Source of the DNA: Heterodontus francisci
Lineage: Eukaryota
Reading direction: 5' to 3'
Assembly (NCBI RefSeq): GCF_036365525.1
Contig: NC_090403.1
Location: 31,567,461-31,631,460 of the forward strand
DNA: 64,000 bases
Each line of letters opens with the position of its first letter. Position 1 is the first letter of the stretch. This document shows positions 49,776 to 61,548 of the stretch, in pieces. The notes under the pieces are model-generated. The model saw only the letters and a program-made list of their open reading frames with translations. It was not told the origin of the DNA and did not search any database. The translations under genes were made by a program, and so were the position numbers.

Positions 49776-50317
49776 TGACCAATAGGTAATTGAATTCTGG
49801 AAAAAAAATTAAAAGCTGCTCAGCTGGGTAAAGTTTTCTGGCCAGGTAGTGACCAAACCATCGACTTCATCTGGAATAAAGAGGCTCACTTTGTAAGATG
49901 AGGTCTGGTGTTCATGAATTCGTTGCGATGACTCCCCACGTATTGGCTGTGATGGGAGGGGAAATATTCCAGTGGAGAAGGTACGGAGTGTCAGAGAGAG
50001 AAGTGTTGGATCGCACTGGCCTGTACATATCAACAGCTCAATTTGCAGTCGGCACTCGGGAATTGCTGGTGTAATTGATTGGTGAAAACCGAAGGGGGAG
50101 GAAATCTCTTTCAGACCCACCTACTTTATACAACGAAGAATTCTAGCAGAGAGTAAGGTGTGTGTGTGTGTGAGAGAGAGAGAGGCCCCGCGATGATGGG
50201 ATGGATAATTCCGGGTTCAGATGCACCTACCCCTGTGCCTGAGTACAATCTGGATCCCAGGTGCCAGATGTGAAAGAAACCGCAACAACAACAAAAAAAC
50301 AGCAAGTTTGAAGGAAG

Positions 50318-50371
50318 ATGCGAGTTTTTCACTGGTGCGCCGTCCTTCTCCTGCACCGCAGTTTGTACCTG
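50318..50371 (+). CDS. Neurexophilin-like (NXPH3/NXPH1-type) signal-peptide exon, copy 1: MRVFHWCAVLLLHRSLYL
   Basis: gaagATG start, 18 codons, phase-0 donor CTG|gtaaga; length, phase and ending resemble neurexophilin first coding exons as recalled (NXPH3 ...QGSLYL, NXPH1 ...PTVYL). Paralog not resolvable. Confidence 0.65.
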
Positions 50372-51905
50372 GTAAGACAACACAGGTTAACAGAGGCTGA
50401 GAGAGAAAACTCTCCCTGCATTAAGGGTGGCGGGGGGAGGGGGGTGCGGTATTAGTGTAAAACTTTTGGAGATGGAGTCATTGCATTGTTCACTGCGGTG
50501 TTATTCTCCAGACCACAGCGAATCAATAGTGTAAATCACTGCTTTCATTAAAGTGACAATAAAGTCATTTCAAATCAATTCATGAATGAAGCCAGCAGTT
50601 TTAATCGTCAAATAGGCTGCAGAAAATCAGCAGTTACCCAGATTAATATCTGGTTAGTTTTCTTTCAATTTGATAGACAGGGGCTTTCCATCTGGAAATC
50701 TCTCTGGGGTTGTCTCTTCTATGGAACGATGTCAGGTGGATGGAGCCGCTCCATTGCAGCCTATTTGCGGCTTGCTTGGACTGGAAATGAGCCGGGGGTT
50801 CATTTCTATAAAGTCGGTCAGATAACGGAGAGATCCAAAGGTAGTCGGAGCTCATCGATTGGTTTCAACATTGAAATCCCTGTCTAGTGACAGGTTAACA
50901 TTGAATGATACCTACACTCCTGAGTTTGAAAGCAAAGTTTGACTTGCTTAGCGGTAACAATATAGTCCGATAGCAATACCCACACTGGCTTCTCAAGTAT
51001 GAACAACACTCGCTCCCGGGGCTGATGTTTTGCACAGACGGTGAAAAGGGAATGGAGCATCGGCAGGTTTACTCGTTGGGGGGTTGGGTGGTGAAGGTGG
51101 GATTTCAAATGAATTCAGCGGCCAGTTTCACTGCTGGATCTGAAACGTGAGATGTGACAATAAAATCCTGCTAAAACTAATGAAGGACCGCGTTTGAAAT
51201 CCCCCAACATTTAACTTAATAAGAATTCCTACAGTAAACAATGGCCCGCTGCGATTTATTAATAGGTGGCTATATTTGAGTAGGACACTGACTCTCAGAT
51301 AGCCTTTTTATGGGAATTGATTTAACATCATTACATTATCACCTGGGGATATATATATATATATATATAAATTTGGGGCCATGTCTTGTAATTAAAGAAC
51401 AAGCTGCTGTTTCTGTTGTATTCGCTCCCTCACTGTTAAAGAGCATCAAGAAGAACCCCATTGGTTTCCTGACACCCCCGTTGTCGGGTAAACTGCCTAT
51501 CGGGTGCTGAGATCCTGGAGTGAGGAACATCCAGGATCCAGTGACGATCCAGCACGTTGTGTGTGAGTTTGCCTGTGACGGGAGGGGCACTATTAGAGAT
51601 GGCACTTGCACTGAGTGTCAGAGACAGAGTGTTGACTCGCATGTTAACAACTTACAGTCAGCTGGTCGGAGCTGAGAGGGAGGGGGGTGAGGGGACCCAA
51701 ACTCTCGTTCAGACCCACCTACTTTATACAACGAAGAATTCGAGCAGAGAGTGAGAAATGTGTGTGTGAGAGGCCCCGCGATGATGGGATGGATAATTCC
51801 GAGTTCAGATGCACCTACCCCTGTGCCTGAGTACAATCTGGATCCCAGGTGCCAGATGTGAAAGAAACCGCAACAACAACAAAAAAACAGCAAGTTTGAA
51901 GGAAG

Positions 51906-51959
51906 ATGCGAGTTTATCACTGGTGCGCCGTCCTTCTCCTGCACCGCAGTTTGTACCTG
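51906..51959 (+). CDS. Neurexophilin-like signal-peptide exon, copy 2: MRVYHWCAVLLLHRSLYL
   Basis: Same as copy 1 with one F>Y change; intact ATG and donor. Confidence 0.65.
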
Positions 51960-54900
51960 GTAAGACAACACAGGATGCACAAAGCGGGGAAACTAGTGTA
52001 AAACTTCTGATGTTATTGTGATTTGGGGAAAAAAAACTAACACAAGAGCTAGATTCCGTTTCAATTTTACCCTTTCATCAATCCCATCGCCAGGTGGGAT
52101 TGCTACTCGATGTGAATAACTTGAAAACAAACCTTTCATTGAATTATTGGGATGTTTCAAAATCAGGGCTTTCCATTTGGAGAGGGATGGCTGTCGCTTT
52201 GTATCTAACAATGTCGTAGCCAGTCTTTTTCAGCAGGTTGAGCTGTTGAGATAAGTGTCAAGTGCAAGGGTAATGGGACCTGAGCTGGTGTTTGTCGCCC
52301 GTGCAGTCAGAGAGCAGCGATGGGGAGAATTGAATGGTGTTCGGATTTTGAGTTTTAAAGTAAAAGTTGGATCTGTTAGCGTTAACATTACAGTCCGGAT
52401 CGAAATGCCTGGACTGATCTCTTGATAATATTGAATACTGGATAATGTAGAAAGCCGGGATTTCAAACGAGTGGTGCTGGGCTGCTCCCGGTCAGTAGGT
52501 CCGGCTTCGATACTGCACTGTAAACCTCACAGCTCCCAAATCACCTTTCACAACCCCATCAGGACAAAGAAAATCACCGTGTTTTGTTAACAGACTGAGG
52601 TGGGGACGATTCACCAGACTGGCCTTTCTATGGAAAGTGATTCGACAGCATTATTACTCAGGGGACGAGGTGGATTGGGAATTTTAAGAAATGTCTATTT
52701 CGTTTGGAGGTCTTTGATGTGTGGAACTCAATGTAGAACTGGCATCACAGGAATTCCTAAATCTCAGTACATCCCAATATTTTCCACCATGCTAACATGC
52801 CCAGTGATGCTGCAACACACCCTTTGCCCTCAGACTGGACCTCTCTGGGTGAAGGTTCACCGCCTGGCGATCAGCCAATGAGCAGGTCCCAAGGAGCCAA
52901 TTTATTTAGATCTCAGGGCGGTTCATTAGCTCAGTTGTCTGTTGGAGGGGGGTGTTGGGGGGGGGGGGGGGAGGGGGGAGGGGAGGCAACCTGAAGGTAA
53001 GATGAACAGAATCTCTTCAGATTCAGAAAATATCCATTTTACTCAGTGCCTTGGCAGTGACCTGAGAAACTCATTGACAGGGTGCACACCTCAGATATTG
53101 GCCCTTTGGGACCCGCTGCTTGGCTGATCACCAGGCGATGAACCTACACCCAGAGAGGTCCAGCTTGAGGCAAAGGGAGTGCTGTAGCATCACCAGACAC
53201 CTTAGAATGGCAAAAAATAGTGGGTAGACTGAGACTTAGGAATTCTCGTAAGGCCAGTTCCACAACTTCAATGTAATAAACCAGATTCATATATTTACTG
53301 AAACTGTGTGGAATATAAAAATATTGGTCCCACCAGTGTAAAGGCTGCTAAGGGGAATAGTGGGAGACTGTTAATCCTTCTGTCTATCAGCCTTGCCTTA
53401 TAAAGCATTATAAATAATTAGGATTAACTTTAATATACTTAATTCCATCCATTTCTGTGTTTTAAAATGATCCTTTTTAAGCAGCAATTGTAACATAATC
53501 GGATAAACTGGCTGAGGTGCGATATTGAGGCTGCGGTTAGACTGTGCCAGGTACAAATTCAAACCAGTACCAGAGGATCCTCTAGAGCGGGGCTCATACC
53601 TGCTAGCTTTAATGAACTTCATTACTCTTCCCCCATTATACTGTTACCTTTATAATGGTGCAGGCCCACAATTACTTTACATGATGATGTTAAAGTGGTG
53701 GTACACGGCACCCTGAATCTGAGGGGTGCTGAATTACCAAGTGTTAATCACTAACCCAGAATGTTGCAGTCATCTCATGCTTTCAGTTGTATGTGTTTTA
53801 ATACAGCTTCAGCACACTGTCAGCTTCAATCCTTTCTCTCAGCCACTTGCCTTGTTAATGTTATAAGCCTGTATTTGAGCAGAAAATCAGCAGAGCTAGC
53901 AATAAAAAAGGTTTTAATGTTTTGATTCAGATTAAATGATGAGATTGCCTTTTCACACTAAACTCTCTTGTCCATTTGGACTTGCCATAGGAGGTTAATT
54001 GTGTGCCTAAAATTCCCAGCTCGTGGAAACATGTATTTGCCAACTAAAATGGTAATGAGCAAAATCATTTCCAAGTGTCAGTTCTGAATGCCACACAAGT
54101 CAAGTGACATTTAAATGCTTGAATGATGAATTCCCCTTCGCACCTCACAGAGCACAAATGTGTTTCCATCAGCTCACATCAATGATGATGGATCCCTGTG
54201 AATGAGTTACACGGCAGTATTTCAATGAGGGGTTCAGATAACATAAACCATAAAATCGAACCTGAGCTGGCTTAACATTATTTGAATCGTGGGGTTATTT
54301 TGTTGCATTAAATTTACTCAATTATCATTTGTATTGTGGGTTTTATATACACAAAAGTTTCATCTGCTTTATAATGGTTTTGTTACTGTTACAGTGCAGT
54401 CTGTTTGATCTGGAATTTTCCACATACCGTTTGAAGACAAAGCTCAGATTGCAATGTAGGCGAAAGAGGATCATTAATTTTATGAATTAGGGCCAGAAGA
54501 TATATTATGTGAATGGATCCGTAGTATTAGAGGGTTATTTATTTGGCACATTTCTGGAAGGAACATGAGCATTCAGCTCCTTGAAAGTGAATAGTTTTGT
54601 ATATTATTCATATTTTCCTCCTCTTCCTTCTCTTTCCTCACAGTTGCTTTCCTTGTTTTGGTGTAACTGGGAGAGAATTTACTCGTCATTCCCTGTTTCC
54701 AAAGCCTCACTATTTCCCCATACTCACAGTTGTCTTTCATTGAGATAAACCCAGAGGTTTATCGACTATGATTTATATTACATGGGTAAGCATGATTTTG
54801 TTAACTTACAAGCAGATAATTGAGTTATAGAGATCATTCTCATAAATGTAATGTAAGTCGTAGTGAATAGTTTATCAGGCAGTATCCCAATTATATAGTG

Positions 54901-57900
54901 AGTGTTAATGTTAGCCTGGAATGCTCTGTGTCACACAGAATTAGTTGTCTAAAGGTTCCACTGTCCCACCCCCTCCCCCTCCCCCAGGTAATGTAATCAT
55001 TAAGACAACACTGGAAAGTCAAATGGGAAATCACAATTCAAATCCTAGTTTCAAATAGCATTGGCATTCTGCTTCCCAAGGGCAGAGGGTAAGATTTTCC
55101 AGTCAATGGTGGGTTGTTTTGAAGTAAGGAAAATAGTTGGGTCAAAAATTGATTGCAACAGTGCAACTATCAACCAGACTGCCTCTCCTCCAGAATATGG
55201 GCATGTGGATTTAAAGAGATGAAACTCACACATGGCAGATGAGGGAAGTCCCAGTTTAAGCACCAAGTTGTGCTATTTGCTAATCTCATAGGATTTGTCT
55301 TGAAGTTCCTGCTGTAAGATCACTTGTGTGGTTGTGGGATGAAGATGGGATTGGTTTCAGTTCTGGTGCCTCCACCCACCAGAGTAGAATAGCTTGCCAA
55401 TTCACTCGTGACAATTATCCACTTTGTTGTGGTACCAAAGAGTGATCAGCTCCTGTGGAACTATACTCCAGGAAAGGAGGGGAGAAAATTAGGGCAAGGG
55501 AAAGGGAGCTGGGGAAACTGGTAAACTGGTTATTTCCACAATGGAAAACTCCACTGTGCTGCCTGATGGTATTCATTACAACATTTTTGAAGCTGTTAGC
55601 CAGCTTTCATTTGTTTCTAGATTTGGGTGTCTGCAATTGGCCAATAAAACGGTGAATTCTTGATGTCTGTTTAATGGCCACAATAGATGAACTTTTACTA
55701 TTCTGAATAATTAGGAATTCCCAGCAATAAGCACAGTTGATGAGATTTGTATTTCAAAAATGGTGCACAATTTCAATTCATCTTGCTTTGTAGTTTATTG
55801 TAAGTGCATATATTTCAGATCTATCAATGAAAGCAAGTTACTATATGAATTAAAGGGACAGTTAATCTCACCTGCCCCATTTCCCATGCTGTGCTTCATT
55901 ATTTGGTCAAGAAAACAAGGAGACATTCTGCCACCAGAGCTCTGTCACAACTATTCAATTTACAGGCACTAGGAGGTGTGCAGGAGTGACATCCCCCTGG
56001 ATTCTACCACTTTCCTCTGATGAAGCTTCTGACCTCTGCATGCCACATCTCCCCAGTGGCTAAGATCAGAGACTCACCAATTATGGGACCTCAGATAAAA
56101 GGCCATATCCTAACACTCTCAATTCTCTCCCCTTTGACCCCTCTCCACATGCAGGATGCAGAAGGATTCATTAGATTGGGAATGAGAGCCCTATTTGGTT
56201 TAGCCCAATCTCCTTGCTGTCTCCAACTCCAAAAGACAGGGACACCATGGCCAACTCCAACTGCAGCCATGTTTGAGATCAGCTAACTGAACATTGATCT
56301 TTCTACTGCACATGGGTTTTTTTTTAGCATCAATTGTGAAAGATAAAGAATAAGGTTTGAAAATGAATAGTTCAGAGCATCTGACTCAGTTGCATTGATA
56401 CATTTTTTGACATTAATATTGCTCGGAACAATGCAGATCCTGATGTTGTTTATTATGTGGCTTAAATTTACTTAAATTGTGAGTCTTTAAAATTTAATAT
56501 AAATGATTTTAATTCCCTGCAGCCAATGTGTACTTTATTGCTTGTCAGAAAATGAAACCTGTGTTGGCATTCCTCTTTTCTCAGTAAATATGGATCATGT
56601 GTTCTAGTTTTTCTCTGTGGTTGGCAGGGCTTGGTGTGATGGGTGGGAGCTTCACTTTGGGAGAAAATAAACTTAGCATACAGCATAATGTCAAAAATCC
56701 TTTAGAAATGTATTTAAACATTTAATAGCACTGATTTCAGTTTAATAAAAGCTTAAGTGCTGAACTAACCACTTTTAAGGCTCATGTCAAGGCACAGAGC
56801 TATGGTTATTATGATCTTGGGATGTAACTATGGCTCATGCTAATTACTGAGAATTATTTTAATAACTTTGCCAAAGTTTCTGTTGTATTGCATTGGGCTT
56901 ATGTTTGCCCTATTTGTAGAATGTCAATCCAGTGAAACTTGATTGGTTAAACAAAATATATAAAGCCGCACATAATGGAATAAAGGTTAGTGCTATTTGA
57001 AGTGCAAGTTATTCAAACCTAAATATTGTTTTGAGCTAGTGTCATGTTTCAGAGTTTTTTGACCACTTTTGCACAGAAGGATTTGGAAAAAAAGTTACTC
57101 TTAAGTGTTGGATTTTGAAAGCAATGTATTCACAATTTTATTTAAAAGGTAGATAGTAAGAGGCCAATAATGCTTATATGCTAAGCTTTGATGTTGTTTC
57201 CCCATAAACTGTAACTAAAAAGCAATTAATTAACCATCTGGGCAATCAGTTAAGCTTCTCACACCCGGTTTGTCAGGAAGTCTCCGGTCCTTTCTGGTTA
57301 TGAACACAGGAAACTAAAGAACTGAACCAGAGACAGAGGGAGTCAATCCGATACAGCAAAGGCTTCGAAGGGAGTCAGATCTTCAAAGCCAGAGGGGCAA
57401 ACTTTGAACGGGCTAGCAGTTTAGCACGTAGGAGAATTTTTGTTTGTTTTCTTTAAGTGAAGTAAGATGACCCATTGATGTGGAAAACATAGCATATTAA
57501 TTATTTGTATTACTATATAAAGATAAATTGTACCCTTTGATATAAGTGAATCCAATCATAGCTGTTGCTCCATATGTTCACTTGTTGCAAAATAAATGCA
57601 GCTCAATGATTTGTATCTGTCTGTTCACAAGGAAATACTATTGATACACCCCTGGATTATGTTATTGTATAGTTAGATGCTATATAGTATGGGCACACGT
57701 CTAAATGTATGGTGCTCTGACCATTTACGGGAGTGTTCAGTACCGCTTTATTTGGGAGAATACCTAAGGCTCGATCCTAGCATTATAACAGCAAGTTATA
57801 GGGTATAAAGAAGGCTGTCACCTGCATGGGTTTGGACCAGACATTTAATTTTTGAGTAGGCAGTGTGGAATTTTCTAAAATGTAACTTAGACATAAAAAC

Positions 57901-59999
57901 AATGGTTTTCAAAATGTTTTATGATGTGGCAGAATAAATGATGAAGGTTTTCAATTAATGTTTATCAGAAGTAAAGCAAACATCTTCAAAAGTGCCGGTA
58001 TAGAAACAATGGGCCAAATGGCCTCCTTCCAGCACTTTCAGCACTTGACATTCTCTACAAGCTGTGATAAATTATCCCTGATCAATATTGCAGATATGAA
58101 AGAAATTGGAGTTGATGGAAATCAGAAATAAAAAGAGAAAAGCTGGCAAAATGCAATGAAACAGGAATTTTAAAAAATGTTCTGGTTTCCCCTTAAAATG
58201 TTTTAATATTGAATTTCAGAGAAAAGTTTCCAGAACATGCAGTTTTAAAAAAAAAATCCCTTCCTTCCCCCCCAATCCCGGCTATGTTTTGTAGAATGAT
58301 ATTGTCTTTCTTTAAATATATTTTATAGTTTGTCCCTCACCATGCTCTGGAGGCAGGGCAAGGTAGATAAGTCTGAACTCATTAATTGGCCACCAGGAGA
58401 TATGTGAGAGAGCTGGAGTTGACTCATCTCCTGGGGCAAACTGACTGAGATCAGGCTCTTGTCACGTCTGGTATTACAGGGAATTTAAACCACCCATTGG
58501 TTGTTGCACTGATTCTCCTTATCAGGGACCAGAGCTTGAAGGCGATTACTTAACAAGCTTGAGAAGGTCAGAGCCCTGGATCTACTTGACACTCAGTCTA
58601 TCAACCACATTTTGAACAAGAATGCTCAGTACTTAAACAGGCCAGCAGGTGGTGCTGCATCACAGTAGCCGAGAGCCTCGCCATGAATGGGAGTGAGAGA
58701 ATCCAGCAATGCAGTGCAGCCAATGGCAGGAGAATTGGAGTCATGGAGAAGTTGGTGAGGTAGTCACCCAAGTTGTGTGGAGTGAAAAGTCCTTCACAAA
58801 GGGAAAAAAACAAATTGTGTGACTCTTAAAGGAATACTGCATAATACACATATTTTGCGTAACATGAAATATTTATCTCAGAATAAGATCCTTGGAGGGA
58901 AAAGTGGAAAGTTCTAACCATGGAAAAAAAAATTTTTACCAGAGATGTTGCCATTCTCTTGAAAACATGGCATTGCATTACACAAGCACAGTCACACAGC
59001 TACTGACAGGGATTAGTACTAATTGGATTAGTTACAGTTGATTAGGCATACGAATCAGTGATCAATAATAATTCATTTGACGATGATGAAATTTTGTCCT
59101 CAGTTGCTTTTCCTTACACAAGTCTCAATGACAGTGATGAGTTGTCTGAGGGAACTGTATTTGTCTGAGTTGTATTCAACTGGGCCACTCAGCTTAAAGC
59201 CAACACTCATCAGAAATACAGTAGCTTTTTAAACATGGCAAGCCCTTCAACAATAATGCCTCTTATTCTGTGGATTTATGGGTTCCAGCCCTCAATTGTG
59301 TCAATGAATCACTTGGATTGGTAATCCTGTCCGATAAAGGACAACAATTTTGGCGAGTGGTGTTAGACCATAACAGTAGTATATATTAATAATATTCAAT
59401 AAGGCCGTTACTGTATTAGTAGATCCAAATGTGCTATTCTGTAGGTAGGGCAATCACTCTGTCCTATTTGTAACCGTGCTCTACATCTGAATCTGTTGTG
59501 TGAACTGTATGTGGCTCACACTTTATGTATGTTCAATATGTAACTCTTTCCCTGAGTGTGGCCCTCTGTCATCCTACATGTAGATCACTCATTGGCATCT
59601 TCTATACATTGTGCTTCCTTTGTGTTTTGTTCTATATGGAGATCTCTTCACTAAGTGCTATTCTATGCTATTCATTATCTTGGAGTATGTGACTACAGTG
59701 TTGTGATAGCGGGTTTATATGTTTAGCCATAGAAATAGTTGTCAGGTGCCATTCAGGACTGAATGTGCTTTGGTGAAGACTAATCTTCATTGCTGGATAG
59801 TAAAGTCGGATGGGGTGTAACATCCTGTCTATCTCTTGCTGGGTGGGTTAGATTAAAATAACACAAAAGGTCTGAAGAATTATGAAGAAGACTTGTTAAT
59901 TTCTGAAGCATTACTTTGAAGGAATTTGTTTAGAGTTTGCATACTTTACAATAAGATATAGATCAGTAAAGAGTTTTCATAAAGATAGGAGTTGTACTA

Positions 60000-60320
60000 A
60001 TTTATTTTTTTTAGAGATACAGCACTGAAACAGGCCCTTCGGCCCACCAAGTCTGTGCCAACCAACAACCACCCATTTATACTAACCCTACAGTAATCCC
60101 ATATTCCCTACCACCTACCTACACTAGGGGCAATTTACAATGGCTAATTTACCTATCAACCTGTAAATCTTTGGCTGTGGGAGGAAACCGGAGCACCCAG
60201 CGAAAACCCACACGGTCACAAGGAGAACTTGCAAACACCGCACAGGCAGTACCCAGAATCGAACCCGGGTCCCTGGAGCTATGAGGCTGCGGTGCTAACC
60301 ACTGCACCACTGTGCCACCC
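60000..60320 (-). mobile_element. Full-length HE1-like V-SINE
   Basis: Minus strand: tRNA head gggtggcacagtggtgcagtggttagc...ggttcgatt, V domain gggtgctccggtttcctcccaca, CR1-type tail. Confidence 0.9.
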
Positions 60321-61289
60321 GTATTCTTGGTGGCCTTATCATAAATTACACTTTTGTTCATGAGCTCCTACATGCGTCGAGCTCGTCTCTTCTGCCTCCT
60401 CATCTCTCATCTCCATCTATTCGTAAACTCGCTGAAAACCTTAGATAGTTTTCATCTGGCTTGTGCACATTGCACAGAGAGATATTCTACTGTCTCTTTC
60501 AATCTGAAACAGCCTATTCTGTTCATTAAACTGACAGATAACAGCTCACTCCCAGGGACGTTTATCTTTCCAATTGTCCAATTGTCAGGATATTGGCAAA
60601 GCTCGAGTTGAAGCTTAAAATTCATTGGATTTCTAGTTAGGGAATTAACAACGCTATATGAGTTCAGAGTGAAAGCTACTAGAAAACAGGAAGCGGCCCA
60701 GTCACGTAGGCCCCAGTTTGTAACCAGATGTCTCCGAGTTTGAATGCCAGCGCTGCCTGATATTTGAGTCTGCCAGCCACATCTTTGATGATGCTATCTG
60801 GTTCGATGTACAGCTTGTTGTCATTCTAGCCCTCAAGTAGGTGCTGATGAGGCTGGGTAAACACAGCAAATGCTTTCTCTTTTTTTAAATCTTTTTTACA
60901 TTTTATTTGCATCCTTCCATTTTTAATTATTTACTGTTCCCTTTCCCACGCAAATGTTATTTCCTCACACTTCTGACTCGTTCAGGCTCACTGTAACCAG
61001 ACAGTACAAGAGGTATGCTAGCATTTTGACTCATTCCTACCTGTATATTGCTCCCTCCAGCAATAGGTTGCTTTATATGCAAGTCGATTTGAACTCTTGA
61101 TGCTTTGGCTTGGATCAAAGCTCTGACACGTCTAAGAGGCTAACCTGCGGCATTCAGTTTACTGAATGGTCAAATAACATTAAATTTTGTTCCAAGTTTT
61201 CTCTCTCCCTTTCCTGGGGCACAGTTTCACATGCACCAATCCCCCAATAGCTGGGACTAACTTTATGACTCCAGCTTTCACTCCAGTTT

Positions 61290-61548
61290 AAGAGCAAAAT
61301 GAGGAGAAATTGTTTCTCTCAGAGGGTCATTAGTCTTTGGAATTCTCTTCCCTAGAAAGCAGTTGAGGCTGCGTCATTGAATTTATTCAAAGCTGAGTTA
61401 GATAGATTTTTGATAGACAAGGGAGTCAAGGGTTATGGGGAAAGTGGAGTTGAGACCACAACCAGATCAGCCATGATCTTATTGAATGGTGGAGCAGGTT
61501 TGATGGGCTGAATAGCCTACTCCCGCTCCTAAGTCCTATGTTCCTATA
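61290..61548 (+). mobile_element. CR1 LINE 3' end
   Basis: MRRNCFSQRV..LWNSLP, ttcaaagctgagttagatagatttttg, tail ...ctatgttcctat. Confidence 0.85.

Larger units (their letters stand above)
50110..51974 (+). repeat. Direct duplication, near-identical ~270-bp cores at 50110-50386 and 51708-51974
   Basis: Cores differ only in a (gt)/(ga) microsatellite and a few substitutions. Confidence 0.95.
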
